Below, piece after piece: positions 37,918 to 52,164 of a stretch of 64,000 bases of DNA. The first letter of the stretch is position 1, and each line of letters opens with the position of its first letter. The notes beneath the pieces were generated by a model, which saw nothing but the letters and a program-made list of their open reading frames with translations, made no database searches and was not told where the DNA came from. The position numbers and the translations under genes are program-made. This stretch comes from Zootoca vivipara (taxonomy: Eukaryota): positions 85,560,001 to 85,624,000 of the forward strand of contig NC_083280.1 in the NCBI RefSeq assembly GCF_963506605.1, in the 5' to 3' direction.

Positions 37918-38724
37918 CAGGTAAAAGTAAAAAAAAAAGGACGCTTGGATGTTTAACATCCAGTTGAATTCGACTATGGGATGTGGAGCTCACCTCCACT
38001 TTCAGGCCGAGGGAGCCGGTGTTTGTCCGCAGACAACTTTTCGGGTCATACGGCCATCATGACTAAACCGCTTCTAGCACAGTGGGACACCGTGACGAAA
38101 ACCAGAGCGCATGGAAATGCTGTTTACCTTCCTGCCACTGCGATACCTATTTACTTTCGCTGGGATGTGAGGGACAGGGGATACCGGGAAGTCCCTCCCA
38201 TCTTAAGTTCCAGCCCATCCCCAAGCGCTGGAGAGAGTAAGGAGAGCTCTGCCTCCAGCGGAGAGTCAGGAAGTGGTGTCCGAGGCTCAGGCAAGGTTGT
38301 GGAGCCCATGCCTCAGGTGGGACAGGAAGTTGGACGCACGGGGGGGAGGCCAATCCCCCCAACTCCCGAATTGCGACGCAAACGTAGGGGGAAGAGGTTG
38401 GGTCTGCCAAAGCTTTGGTGCTGGAAGAAAATGCGCCAATCGCCATTTGGAGGTTCTGACACCTCACCTTAAGGATGCATTTTTACTGCTCTGAACACTG
38501 TAAATAATCAGCACTTAATAAAAGCCTTAAAAGACCATGCTGGAGTCGTTACTCTAGAGTAGCCATATCAGGCCCTCTGACAGTATGCTTTTGAACTGCT
38601 TTGTTGGCAGGAGCTGGGACAAAGCAACAGGAGCTCATACCATCGCGCAGATTTGAACTGCCGACCTTACGGTCGATGAGTCCAAGACGCTCAGTGGTTT
38701 AGACCACAGCACCACCCACATCCC
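37918..38724 (-). mobile_element. Older Sauria SINE split by an LTR insertion
   Basis: SINE halves 37918-38165 and 38583-38724 align with the two intact copies; flanking ATGAGAA repeat. Confidence 0.85.
38166..38582 (+). mobile_element. 417-bp solo LTR (Gypsy-like) inserted in a Sauria SINE
   Basis: TGT...ACA termini with short inverted repeat (TGTGAGGG / CCCTCTGACA); AATAAA at 38517-22; interrupts the SINE; TSD not clean. Confidence 0.72.
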
Positions 38725-41700
38725 ATTATGAGAACCAACCCTTATAAGAAATTTCTAGTTCTCAGAAATAAGACCCACTGATTTCCTCTTAGGACATTGC
38801 GGATAAGTTTGCAGCCACAGGTTGTTCCTAAGGTCAAAGGGCTGTTAGCATGGTCATGTCTGGTAGCTAGTGGATGATGGTGTCCACACTGGGAAAAGGA
38901 AATGCTGCAGCGATATGGATGAGACCTGGATGTACATTCTTCAGTTTTTCGTCACGAGAAGACTGATAACTTTGTGTGAATATGCCTGTTAGCACCAGGA
39001 GTTCCGTTCTACAACTGGGAGCTCCATTGCTATATATCTTCAAATGGTCTCCTTTTCTACCTTGGTCCTTACCACTCTTGTTTTCATCCTTCTGAAAGAC
39101 AGACTTCTGAGGTCTTAGGAAGCGAACTTTTCTCGGCGCCTGCCATCCGTGGCTTGGGTGAAACAAAGAATTTGCTGTGGGCTGACGGCTAATGTGCCTC
39201 CTGCTGCTGACTCACTCTTTGTTGTGGAGGGCATTGTGTGGGCCTTGGGCTGGCTGGGAGAGGAGCAGCTAGCATGCCACAGGCTAGAATAGTTGGTTCA
39301 CAACTCCCTTGTTGAGTGGCAGCAGTGCTAATCTAGGCCAGCAAAGGGATTCGGGGGCTGAGTGACTCATCATAGGAACTTGCGTCTTTTGCTGTTGCAG
39401 CAAAGATTGGCCTGCTTTATTTGGTTCCTGCCGGCAGTTGTTAGCTGCAAGGGACTCCTGAACCAAAGGGGAGCTCTTTTTAGTACTTCCGCTTGGTCGC
39501 AAAGATAATGCCATCTTCATTCCATTCCTTTATCACTGGTAAGGCAAGCCAACTGTGGAAGTAGGACGACTTGAGGTCACCCCATGTTCCATAAGTGGAG
39601 ATGGCTTCTTCCATTCCTGGAATGGGTCGCAGGCAATGCACTTGAAAATCAGGCTGTTGTTAGCAATGGCCTCAAAAATGGTCGCATCCAGTGAACTCTG
39701 AGGTTGGTGGGGCATGGGCGGAACATAGTGAAGTTGTTTTGTACTTTTAAGCCACTGGTTATGACCAGCGGTGACTCTCCCAAGTTGTTGGTCACAACTT
39801 CCTTTGCCAGCTCTGCTATTTGGAGAGCCTACCAGGATATCGTAATGGTTTTGCTTGGGGCCTTCTGTGTGCAGAAGGGATGGCCTCTGTTCTGAACATA
39901 GCTGCTAGATTACTCATGGGTATTACTCATGTGTAGGGCAATCATGTATCAGAGCGGAAACTGTGTCCCTCCCTCCCCTGATGTGATACTTCCCTAACCC
40001 CCACAGGTGAAGATGTCCACAAAGAGACATCTGTGCATGTGCAGCTGCTTCTACATAGGGGTTTTCATGCAGGTGCCAGCTAGGCACGGTTAGCCCAGGT
40101 ATGTGGACGTGAGTAATGCATGAATAGGACTACTGTAACTTTGCATTTTCCTCGGTACACTGAGTCTCTGCATGACCCAAAAGACAGAGTGGAGCTAAGA
40201 GGGCCTCAAGCTCAGCGCAGTGCATGTGCAGCCTGGTGAGAGAATACACAGCCCCCAGCATGTTTGAGGAAGAAAGCAAACGCTGTGATATAAAATCCGG
40301 GAAATGCAAATATATAAGCAACACCCAGGCAGAAATAAGGTATCATCTACCCAAAGCTAAACGGCCTAGAGATGCAAACCGAGCACCACCTCTGGTATAC
40401 ATTCAGCTAAGGGCTCCTGAAGTTCAAAAGGTTCAAGTTGTTTGCCTCTGAGAGAGCCAAATGGGGGACTAAGCATTTTGTAATAATCAGGCTATGGAAG
40501 GCCTGTGCTGAAATAATTATTATACTTGATTCTTAAGTAGAAGTGAGATTTACCTTCTGATTGTGTATGCATTTTGTAGTTAGTACCTCAGAGCTATGTG
40601 AAAACTTGAGTGTTTCAAGATACAGGTTTGCCCTTTATCTCAGTTTTTCTTCTTCTGAGTAACAGGTGGGAATGATGGGGCTTGCTTCCTTACCTTGCTT
40701 GGAAACTTCTGAAATGAGAAATGAGCACCTTCCCATTCGTCCTTCTGTGGATTTCCTCCTGATAATTCTCCTTCGGCTGTACGTGTCTGTTTCCTGGGCC
40801 CACAGCGTTTATTTATTTCTTACACTGCTGCTGGCCTTAAAGGTGAGGTCCAGCCTAGTGTTGATCACCATGATTTGTGTGTAGAGTCCAACAATAACTA
40901 TTAGATGATTAGGTAGGTGTTTGGAGAAGGGAGGCAAGATGGGATCCTGTGCAGCCTCTTTAAAGTTTTCTCTGCTCTGCCTATATTCTGCCTCGAGAAG
41001 AATTTGACTAGAAAGTGGTGCTTTGTATTACAGCTGCCCCCAAGCAGTAATGAAAACCCTCCTTTGCCATCACTCTGAGGAGATCCATTGGGGCATTTAT
41101 GAATGAACTTCTGGCTGGGTGGGGAGAGCAAGGCTCTCTGTATGAATGCATGCAAGGGCCTTTATTGTGTGGTGTGTCATGGCAGGAAGGTCATGGTATC
41201 GCCAGTTCACCTGACCAAAAATCTGTTCCCCTCTCAAGTCATTTGAGCTTGGCCTCATTTTGTGTGAGATTGATCACTTTTTATTGTGACTTTCTACTTT
41301 TAACTCGGTTCACCCTTAGGGAAGTGGGAGGTGGCCAAGATGGATGGCTTTTACTTGTCCTTTTTCTCCAGCCATACTTGTGTTCTTCTCCTCTCCTCCA
41401 CATGACAGCTGATTAGGCACACTGACCTTTTTCATCATATCTCTTTATTTGTGTTACATAAATGTTCCTAGTTGACAGCTCTGAGGTCATCTGGGGTTTG
41501 CAGATGGCCACTGATTTTGTATGTCTGTCTGAAAATATTCTGCCCCAGGCTTCCTCCCACCCCATTAAAAGAAAAAAGAAAAAGCTCTCTAAGGAACTCC
41601 GGTATGCTTTTTTGCAGCTAGAATGAGGGCTTCAGAATTAAGGATTCGGTGCTGCTGCAAACCACCTTCACCAAAACTTTGACAAATTTATATTGCTATT

Positions 41701-44700
41701 CGAAATACATAATTAAATAGACGGTTAATTTAGTGTCCAAATCCTTATTTTATATGAAGTTTCGTATTACTGCAGGTCATAACATAAAGCCTGAATGTTG
41801 AATGTGTTTAGAGTTATGAGAATGAGCCACTGTGAGACTTAGGCTTGGGTGCTCCCTCTTCCCTTTCTTCTCTAAGGAGGAGATTGAATGCTTTTATCTC
41901 CTTTTAATTTAAACATAGTTTAGCATGTTATCTGAACTTTAAACTGTTGTTAATCTTAGTATGAATAGTTGGAATAAGCCACCTTCATAATTTATGACTT
42001 GAAGTTGGCTTGTTTCTATTAACCATAGTTAAGATTAACTACAGTTTGTCCAGGGATGGGCTTGGACATTGCTATGCATTTATTTTATTTATTGTTTCCT
42101 AGCAGAAAGTGCCCGTTATGGCCTGGTAATTTTAAGAAACCAGAAAATATAGAGGTTTTTAAATGGATTGTGTAAGTTGTGAGTTTTAGGGCTGTGTGCA
42201 AACACCCACGCACCAACCCAGAACTCTGCCCTGACCCAGGAAGCACCTGGCTTGGCCCCAAATCAATGTGTGTGTGTGGGGGGGGAGAGAGCTAATGTTT
42301 AATTAGGCTTAATTTGGTCCGCCATCTTGATTCCACAAAGACCTCATCCTCCACCTTGGGAACCCTCAAGCTGAGTTTAGAGATGATACCTTGAGAGGTG
42401 GTCAAATGTATCGAGAACACGTGGGCAAGCACACAAACCACTTTGCAAAGTATGGTTCACAACAAAATTATAAAGAGGAATTCAAAGTTGCATGAATGCT
42501 CTGTTAGCACAAGAGTTTAATGCACTAAACCTGCATTGTCATAGGAATATGGCTGTTGTGAGAATTCAGACCTGGGTGGTCGCATGCCTTGTTTCTGACA
42601 AGAAGAAACAAGGTATGCTCACTTCCATCCTGCTCAAACCTCTCTACAGCTGCCCTGCCCCACTCCTGTCCCAGGAATAAATCCATAGATCCCAGGAATA
42701 AATCTATATTGGTCGATTGCTTTAATGAAAATAAAAGTTTGCAGGTGGCAGCCTGGGCATGAACTGCTCAGTCCATTGCAGGAGCTGGGATGGAACCCAT
42801 GGCCCTCCCAATATTCCTTTTGTGGGCAAGTACTTAAAATTTGAAATGCGTTGTCTCAAAAGCTGATATGGAAGGGGGCAGCCGAGTGGCTTGTTCTGAG
42901 TTCGGTTTCAAAGTCTATAACTACAGGCATTCTGGTGGTCACATGAGCTTTTGGAATAAGCATTTGGATTGATGATCTGTCTGCATTCCAAGTGAGTCAG
43001 TGATGGGGATCCCGAAACCATTTTTTTCTTTTTGTGCCTGACCTTTTACAGTGCTTGGTGGCTGATGCCATGGAGTTCCAGGAGGAGTCCCGCACAACCA
43101 GAGCGAGCTTGAATTCTTCGCTTTGTGCTTGTCCGCCTGTTTTGTTGCCCTGGAGACAGAACAGCGTGGAATTCTTTCCCCCTGACCAGAAATAGTTTTC
43201 CTGTACCTTGTGACTGGAGTGCTTTCCTTCTTGGTTTGCAGCCAGCTGTGTGTATATGTGGGGGCATGCATTTAGATGAGGTAGGTTTCAGGGAGCATAG
43301 AGGTCATGGCTCCTTGTTGTAAGCTGTGCATGTGGGTATCGCTATATTCTACCCTACATCTCTTGCCTCCTGCGTCTCAAGAGGGTGTAAGGTTCCCTGT
43401 AGCAATTGCTCTTGATTTACATCGCCTATGGCATTTCACTGGTTATGTCATGTCTGCTGAGGCTGTGAGCTGGTCAGCTGTCCATCTTGGCTGGCTAGCT
43501 GAACAGCACGTGGTGAGTCTCCATCCCTCTCCTGATCAGCTGTTTGCTTCCTTGCATTGTTGCCCTAAGAAACAGGTTCACTGCAAACATAACTCTCTCA
43601 TTGGGCCAACACGATCGCCATCAGCTTATCGGAAATTAGGTTTTAAGCAGTGGACATCATCTGCAGATTTTTGGGTGGGAACAACAGGCGCAATTCTCCT
43701 CTAGTGAGAGAAGGGTTTTACAATTGATCATCAGTTTCATCAGCGAGATTCTTAAAAATGGCAGCTGAGTCTTGACAGGTGAGCATTGAGAGAGGGTTCA
43801 AAGTTGCAATAATAAAGTTTTTAGGAGTAGGTGGGTAGAGACTTCTTCATAAAGTGCTTAAAGTCATCCCTTTAGCATGTGCTGTATTTTCTAGACTTCT
43901 CCTTTCACGTGGCTGGCATGTACTGGTTAAGTTTTTAATCCCCTTACTGTCCAGCTCTCCTTTGGCCCAATCTTATTTATCCAAGGAAAACCTTGGAAAC
44001 GTTCCCTTTTATGGCTTTTAAAAAAATAGCTGGGTGTAGGAAGTAGGAAATAATAATGCAGAGGACAGATTTATATGCAGGTGCATGTTTCACAAAGGTT
44101 TATAAATAGGAGCTCTTCATTTCTGTAGCATATTTCTTGCCCTTATAGTTTGTGTGGTTAATGACAAATAGAATATGCAATTTTAAAAAAATGTTTGGTA
44201 GGTTGTGGGACTCTTGTGGCCTGTTGTTGGCGCATGATCACGTCTCAGTCCCTAATCTCTCTTTCCATAGAAGCAGGTTTGCATTTGTTTGTGCATGCAG
44301 ACAGAAAAGGTTGCGGGGGGGGCAACATTTAACCCCCAAGAGCAGGTTGAAGATGCAGGCCATGCACAATGAATTAGGATGCTAAGATGACCACATCAGA
44401 TTCCGGGTGTGGGGAGTGGCATTAATATTTTTGCAACATTCACACTGGCTACTTCCTGCCTTAAGAAAACTAACCCACGAAGAGGGGGAAGTATCCTAGC
44501 AGGGTCTTCTCACTGAAGACCTACTTTTGATGGCTTTGTCTTTACATACGGATGGTGGTGTTCAAAAGCATGCCCCCCCCAATTTGTTGTCTGAAGTGGA
44601 AGCATCCAGAATTCTACCACCTTGTTCTGTGTGACACATAGATCAGCTCTGCATCCAAGTCTGCAGCCACGGCTACATAATGTGCAGAAAGGCTCTTACA

Positions 44701-46158
44701 CTATATAAAAGATTAATCACTATTTTTCTTCCACTGTGCTGGAGTGGCAAAGAACTGCATTGCTCTGCTATGCACTTGCTGTTCTCATGCTTGGTGATCA
44801 TTGCAGTAGATCTTTTGAGGTTCTGCTTGCACAGTTTGCAGCATCTTTTGGGTGCAAGGGAGGAGATCTCTGATACAGAACTTCTGCTCTGTGCTTCTGA
44901 AACGCTGCATTTTGATGCCACTCAAGCACTTTCCCTTCCTCACCCCGGGATGCTTGCTGTGATCCTTAGGACTAATTCATAGTTTGGGGGAGAAGTATTG
45001 CTATAGGAAGAGTTTCAGAGTGATGAGACTTTGTTCTGCAGTGGTAATAGTACTACTACTGAAATATTTTGCTTCTGAACAGTTTTTGAAGGTGCATGAG
45101 ACCTCCTTGTCTTGTGTGAAACGGAAGGCCTTCCAAAAATCACTAGGCACAGTTAACACTTTTTTGGTGGTAGGTTTTCTCTTACCCATAACAGCAGCTC
45201 TTTCCTGGGGCTGGAGGTCCTTTTGAAACCCCTCTGCAACCCAGCTTGTTGATCATGAACCCCTGACTTTGATCTCTCTGAGCTGGGAGAGAGCAGCAGG
45301 CTCAATATTGGTGCAATAAACGTGTGTGCATGCCGAGGTTGAAGGCAGTCTCCCTCCTTTACACAAGCAGACAAATCCTGGCATTAACTCTCTACCATTG
45401 GCAAGGGATGAAGCTACCCAAAGTCAGCACCAGCATTGCTTAAAAAAAACATGCCAGTCTTCCTCCTTGACTTTCAAGCCTTGTTTTCACCTTGCTTGAT
45501 GATCTTCTCCTTTTTGCTGCTGTTAGAGAAGGGACGTGATCACTGAGTTGACAAATCACTTCTCTGTCTGATCCTTGGTGACTAGAAAGGGCCCTCTGGC
45601 ATCTTCTCCCTCCCTAACCTCCCCCTCTCCCCCCACACATCATGTCTGATTTTTCAGGGTTATGGAGAAGCTGCTGCCTCGATGCTTTTTCTTTCTAGTC
45701 CAGATGACAACCCTGTTGGAACTGACGTTGGTTTTCTGTTGCGATGAATGTCCTCCTTAGGATATAAAGATAACTGGCAGCACTTCTGTGTCCCCACCTC
45801 CAAGCCATTCCACATTACGATTGTGGGTTTAGATTGTCCAACCTAACCTTCTGTGTACCTGTCCTAGAAACAGGTTGAGGGTGAATTCTTTGGCTTTTGA
45901 TACTAGACTCGTTATCCTACTCTCTTCTGTAAACCATTTCCCAATATATTTTATTCTTAGTCTTACTCTTACTCTTTAAATTTGTATACCGCCCTTCATC
46001 TGTAGATCTAAAGGCCGTTCACAACAAAAAATTACAATATAAAAACACAGAATACATAACAAAAACAAAGCAATAATCTCCCCTGATATCAAGTTCAGTT
46101 CATGTTTTGCAGCAAGGAAACTTAGTTCTACACCCAAATTATACAAATCAACAAAAAG

Positions 46159-46365
46159 CAGGGGTGCCCCACACATGAGACCAGGTGAGGTGATTGCCTC
46201 AGACTGCAGGACCACCAGGGGCAGCAGATCCCAATGTTGATCTCCTCTCCCCACCACCACCTTGTTCCTGATGTCAATCTTCACTCATTCCTTCTTCCCT
46301 GGTGGGAGGAGGGGCTGCCATTTTGGGGTTTGCCTCAGGTGCCAAAATGTCTTGGACTGGCCTTG
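46159..46365. mobile_element. Old hAT MITE
   Basis: CAGGGG...GGCCTTG termini; TSD ACAAAAAG / ACAAAATG; internal TGAGG..ATTGCCTCA palindrome. Confidence 0.65.
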
Positions 46366-46430
46366 ACAAAATGTTCATTCAACTGCTTATTCTGAACCCA
46401 GAATAATTGGACTTTTAAAGAAAAATGGTG

Positions 46431-46433
<3 letters not shown>

Positions 46434-46483
<50 letters not shown>
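46434..46483. repeat. (GA)n microsatellite ~490 bp upstream of the CaMKII exon
   Basis: Direct reading. Confidence 0.95.
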
Positions 46484-46487
<4 letters not shown>

Positions 46488-46906
46488 AAAAGTGCACACA
46501 CTTATTGAGGCAGTAAAATAGTCTCAGTCCCAATGTGTTTTGAGCAATGCACCTTCAGAGGAGTATCTTGATGTGATTATTAATAGAGGAGATTAGCAGA
46601 ATATACCTAAACACACATTTAAGTATATATGGCTTAGGGAAAAAAATACTCAGGTCTTGTGTATAACTACTGAAAGTGTCACACAATGAAAGAACGGGCC
46701 GTCTAAAGCAATTCTTTTTGCATAGAAAAGTAGCATGTCATTTGCGTGTTAACGCCATCTCTGCTGGCCTTCAATATAAATATTGTCAGAGTTGCTTGCC
46801 ATCCTGGAGGAAGGCATGTTCTGGGAGAGAGAAGGCTGCTCTCAGACATCCGCCACATTCCGTTTGCGGCTGGTCTGTTGGTGTGTCTGTCTGGCTTTTT
46901 GTTTAG

Positions 46907-47038
<132 letters not shown>

Positions 47039-47800
47039 TAGCATGGGAGAAAGGTCTTCAAATTATTCAGCTCAGCAGGGACAGGAAGCTTGTTGGAATT
47101 TCCTCTCCTGCAAATGGTGAGCAAGCCTCAGATGTCCATTTTGTGAGGGCCAGAGCCAGGTGGGTAGAGAGTGATAATTTGTACTAGAGAAACATTTTGG
47201 GTAGCCTACCTTAGGGTGAGGGGCAATTACCTCTGTCCTCCACTTCAAAAGACATTTCCTTAGAGAAAGTGCATTTCACCACTATCGACCCATCCCCTGA
47301 TCTGTCTCCTCAACTCCTTCACACCCAAGCAGAAGAGAGTGGTTGCCATTATAGAGTGGTTGCGCTCCCTTTGGCTTGTCCCTGACTGCTTTCTTGGTTA
47401 GCTCTGCTCTAGGGTATATTCAATGAAGGGATCCATTACATGAATGAGAACTACTTGCTGGAACAGACCAAAGTGCAGCTAGCCAGAAGAAGCAAAGCAT
47501 GAAGCTCACATACTTCCTCTTCCCTCCCCAGTAGGTGATATTCAAAGGTATACTGCCCTTAAATATGGAGGTTTCATTTAGCTGTATGACTGACCACTGT
47601 TTATAGGGCCCCTGTCCTTGTACATGCACGTGCACTATCTCTGAAATGAAAAGTGTTTTCCTAGAAGGGCGTCTCCGAACTTCATCGCAGCAAACGGGAA
47701 CTTAAAGGTATTGGGCATCCCTACTAAAGCCTCGTAAGCCCAAGGCTTGTGCTCTCTGTAAATGGCATTCCAGTGCCCTGTACAGCTCCTTACCCATTTC

Positions 47801-48822
47801 CATAAGGACTTAAGAAGAGCCTGATGGATCTAGTTAGAGGCCTGTCTGGGCCAGCATCCTGTTCTTACAGGGGCTGAACAGACACCTGCTTTGGGAAACC
47901 AGCATGCAGGGGCCAAGTGCAACAGCACCTCTCCCATCCTGTGGTTTCTAGCAACTGGAATCCAGAAGCATATTGCCTGCAACAGTGGAGGTAGAACCTA
48001 GCCTAGTAGCCTTCTCCTCTATGGATTTGTCTAATTCCCTTTTAAAGCCACCCACGTTAATGGCCGCCATTGCCTCTTGTGAGGGTGTGTTCCACAGTTT
48101 GTGTGAAGATGTACTTCTTCTGCCCCAAATCTTCCAGCAGTCAGCTGTCCTAAGTTGTAGTATTGTGAGAGAGGAAGGAAAACTTGTATCCCTCCACTTT
48201 CTCCATGCCATGCATAATTACTTGCCTTTTCTCCAAATGAAAAAGTTCTAAAGGGTGAAGCTTTTCCTTCCCCATTGATCATTTTGGTTGCCCATTTCTG
48301 AACCTTTTTCAATTATACAGTATCCTTGTTGAGATGGGGTGGCCAGAACTGTACACTGTACTCCCAAGTGTGATCGCACCATACATTCATATAACGACAT
48401 CATGATACTGGAAGTCCTAGTTTCAATTCCTTTCCTATTTATCCCTAGCATGGAATTGGGCTTTTTCACAGCTGCCGCACAAAACTTGACATTCTGGCTC
48501 TGCTTCAACAAGGCTTGTTCTTTTGTATGCTTGGCTATTTTATCTCTTACCGCTTTCCATCAGTATACCTAGAACTTACGTTTAAGTTCACTGGCCTGCA
48601 AGTTCCAGTATCCCTACTGGATCCCTTTTTAAAAAATCAGTGTGAGCATCAACCATTTTCCTATCTCCTTGTATGGAGGCTGATCTTCTGAACAAGTCAT
48701 TTATTTTTGTTAATCAGCAGTTTCACCCTTGAGTTCTTCAAGAACCCTTAGGTGGATGGCATCCAGACCTGATGATTTGCCAGTTTCTATTTTGTCAAGA
48801 AGGCTTGGGATAGTCATTTCCA
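47801..48822 (-). mobile_element. Degenerate CR1 LINE with internal deletion
   Basis: Peptides LDKIETGKSSGLDAIHLRVLEELKGE, AAAVKKPNSMLGI.RKGIE...SLY..MVRSHL and EKVQKWATKMI; squamate CR1 3' UTR at the left end. Confidence 0.88.
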
Positions 48823-50319
48823 ATGTTTTTTGTTTGTTTGTTTTTTTGCACCATGGGCCACTTGAGAATTGCTGAGGATCTTGGTGGACCACTTAATGAT
48901 TTTCCCACCACCACATCCACCCATTGTAGTGATGCACTGTCATGTGCTGTGCTAGATGCTGTATGAGTCTTAATTATAATTTTATTGATCCTGTTGTTTA
49001 TTGCATCTTGTACCTTATTGTATTCCATGGAATTTAAATTGTAATACTATAAGATGCAACATAAGAAATAAAAGAAGCAGTAAAAGTGCAGCTAAAATCA
49101 ATATGAACATTTAGTGTGATGGATGTGCTGTCTCCCATTTTCAGCCACAAATCCACAGACTCCGGTTGGGTCACCTGAATGAATATGGCAGACTGCCGTC
49201 GGAGAGCCTCTGGCCTAGAATTTAATCCCACCACAATTTTGCCTCCGTTCCTCAAACTCCCTGTAAAAACGTTCGTTCAGGCACAGGGATCTGACATGGC
49301 TCCTTTTTCTGGTCATGGTGTTTCCATCTCTTCAATTCCCCACACATGCCTCTCTCAGCTAACTCAGTGTTTTTCCCCTTTTTAAAAACAACAACAACAA
49401 ACAAACAAACAAACAAATTCTGGAACTACAAAGCAGGGAACTTTGGAGCCTGGCTTGCATATATTTCTGGCTCCAGGAAAATAATTTCCTCTTCTCCCAG
49501 ACATTTGATTGATTTTCCTGCACAGCTTTGTCTGGCATCTTTTAATTAATTAATTTGATGGTGATCATTCTGATGTTGGGGAATGTGGTTTTTTTATTGT
49601 TCTATGAAGTTGTGTGTGATCATGTTCGGTGCTTTGCTGCTTGTGTTTTTAGTCTCGTATGTGATTCCTCCCCCCCGCCCACCTGCCCTCCTATTTATAT
49701 TTGTATATTTACTTTTGCCTTGAGACTCTTTTGTATGACACGATGAGCAACTAAGTAGATAATTATCAAAGGCCAAAAAGGGCTATGGTGCCATATGCTT
49801 GTGAGACCTTACTGTTACCCTGCTTTGGAAATTCATAGCTGCTTGCTCCTTAGGTTACAACCCAAAGATCTAGTTTGATTTCTCACTAATATGTGGTGAG
49901 GACTTTGCACTAGTGATGGTGCAAACTTCTCATGCAGATCTCCTCCTGCCTTCCACCTACTGGCCTATGGTATCAGTCTTTCTGCTCTGGTGGTGCAGAT
50001 ATGAGATTGAGACAGAGAAACGTACCTCTCTCCTGGCTCCCTTCTCTGGTGCCTCCCATGTAGCCATGGTTGTGAGCCACTAGCCTGGACTATTGGGGGA
50101 AACTACATTTCCCAGGGCTGTTAATAAGTGCCAGCAGCACTGGGGGAACTGCATTTCCCAGTAACCCTAGTTGGAAGCTGTAGAGAGCTGGAGAGACCGA
50201 TTTTTGAAAAGTGTCTGGAAACCTCTGCTGGCTCAGAAGAGCTGTCTGGATCCAGTTGTTTTCACCATGCAACTTCCTTGTTTTCACCATGCAACTTCCA
50301 AGAATTATACCATCTCCAA

Positions 50320-50710
50320 TTCAGACTGGTCATTACGACTCTTGAAAGACTTCTTCCATATGAACCCTGCTCCCTCGTTAAGAATTTCTGGAGGGGCTCT
50401 CATTTGTGTCCCACCACCATCTGAGTTGCATTTAATGATTGGGGCCTGAGAAAGAGTTTTCTTTATGGCTGCACCGAAGTTGTGGAACTGCCTTGCCTCC
50501 TCCCCAAAGGCTTTCCACCACAGTGCAAAAATACGTTTTCTTCCCTGCCAAGCATTAGTTCTGGCAGCCTAAGCTTTCTGTCCTTGGCATTTTAATCTAA
50601 ATTTGTTTTATCTGCCAAACCCCCCCCCTTTTTAGTTTAGTTGTTGTGTGTGTTTCAATTTTTTGTACGTTCCTAAGGCATTTTCCAAAATGTAAAGGCA
50701 GGTAGAAATT
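50320..50710 (+). mobile_element. Old L2-clade fragment
   Basis: LERLLPYEP..SLR.SGGALICVPP..E similarity to the L2 ORF2 end. Confidence 0.55.
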
Positions 50711-52106
50711 TCATTAAAATAAAATGGGGAAAAGCAGATGAGTAAGTGACAGTTGTAGAAGAAAATGTCAGACAAGGAAAGAATTAAGCATAGCCCTGCA
50801 GATATAACAAACACTATCTCCTCACCTCACTCAATGCTTTGCATGCCATGAGGTTGGAAATCCTGTGTTTGCTGCTAAATAGGCAGTTGACAAACCTACT
50901 CCCCAGCAAAGGTTATGTGCTGTGAAAGAACCACATCAGTGAGCCATTCCCTATGTACACATCCATTGCTGCACAGTCGAAACTGTTAAACAGGGAACTT
51001 GTTGCCTGACATAGTCTGCCTCCACTGAACTCTTGGGGCTCACCCCACATCCAATCCTTGGCTCCTCTCCCTGAGCATTGATTCGAAGGCTTGCACTCAG
51101 AATATCCAGAAGTCTCAGATGCAGAGCTCTTAAACTGCCAGATCCCTGGCCCCTTTGACCGTTAGCTTCTGTAAATGGGGAAAGCCGATTGTCTTTTATT
51201 TCTACTCCGCAAGTTCCTTTGTCTGTTGCTGGAGAGCTCCACTCACCCTGGGCCTGTGTTTCCATGGTTATCATCCTGTGAGCAGGTTTATTTCCTGTCA
51301 CCCCAAGGAACAGGGAGCAGGATAATTGTTCGCTTGGAGGGTTCGCTGAAGGGCTGCAACAAGTGGTGGGATCGTGGGAACAAACTTCAACTTGAACTGG
51401 GAAAAAAGAGAGGAAAAAATAAAGTTAGGTTTTGGGGACAAAACCACGTTATTTACTGAATCTGCCAAACAGCAGTAGGATTGTTGCTTGTTCCACAGCT
51501 TTGTGGAAAGCTGCCCATCATGTCAGTCTCTTTGTGGTGCAACATTGGGAAGGGTGAGGGGAATAAAGCTGTCTCTCTCTCTCTTCTCTTTTTAAGCAAG
51601 GGAAAATAAAGCCCCGATTTGGATTTCCTCTGTTGCTTTGGAAAGCTAAATTGGCAGGATTATATTTCTGAAGAAGATCACTTTGAGTCACACCCAACCT
51701 CGTTTATGTCTGGAATAAAGTGTTGCTAGAAAAAGAAGGCTACCACTAGAAGAAGAAGCCTCATTTCCCCCCTCTGAAATACCAAATGCAATTTACCCGA
51801 AGGCCTGGCATTTTTATGCCAGTGCCATGCCTGCTTGCCAACAGTAGCCAGTGATGTGGAGCCAGAGGGAGAGGAACACTACACTGCATGAATTGTATAC
51901 TAGGTTTTTCAGAGGGATGAGGGAACGCTGCATGGGGCTGCAGTCATGCCAGCCGAGTTTACAAATGGAAGAGGACATCCGAGTTGGTTTCTGTCTAGAT
52001 TTGTTCTCTCTCCCCCTCTTTCCTCCTGCCCCAACTGCAGGATTGTAATGTGTGGGGCATGCTGATTTTAAGCGGTGGCCCTGTTCTATTTGTAACCTTT
52101 TAGTTT

Positions 52107-52164
<58 letters not shown>

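Noticed and set aside
51655-51710. QDYISEEDHF resembling CaMKII exon 4 (HDSISEEGFH)
   Set aside because: Only a 4-5 residue match, with no flanking RL/YLVFDL and no splice sites; coincidence.
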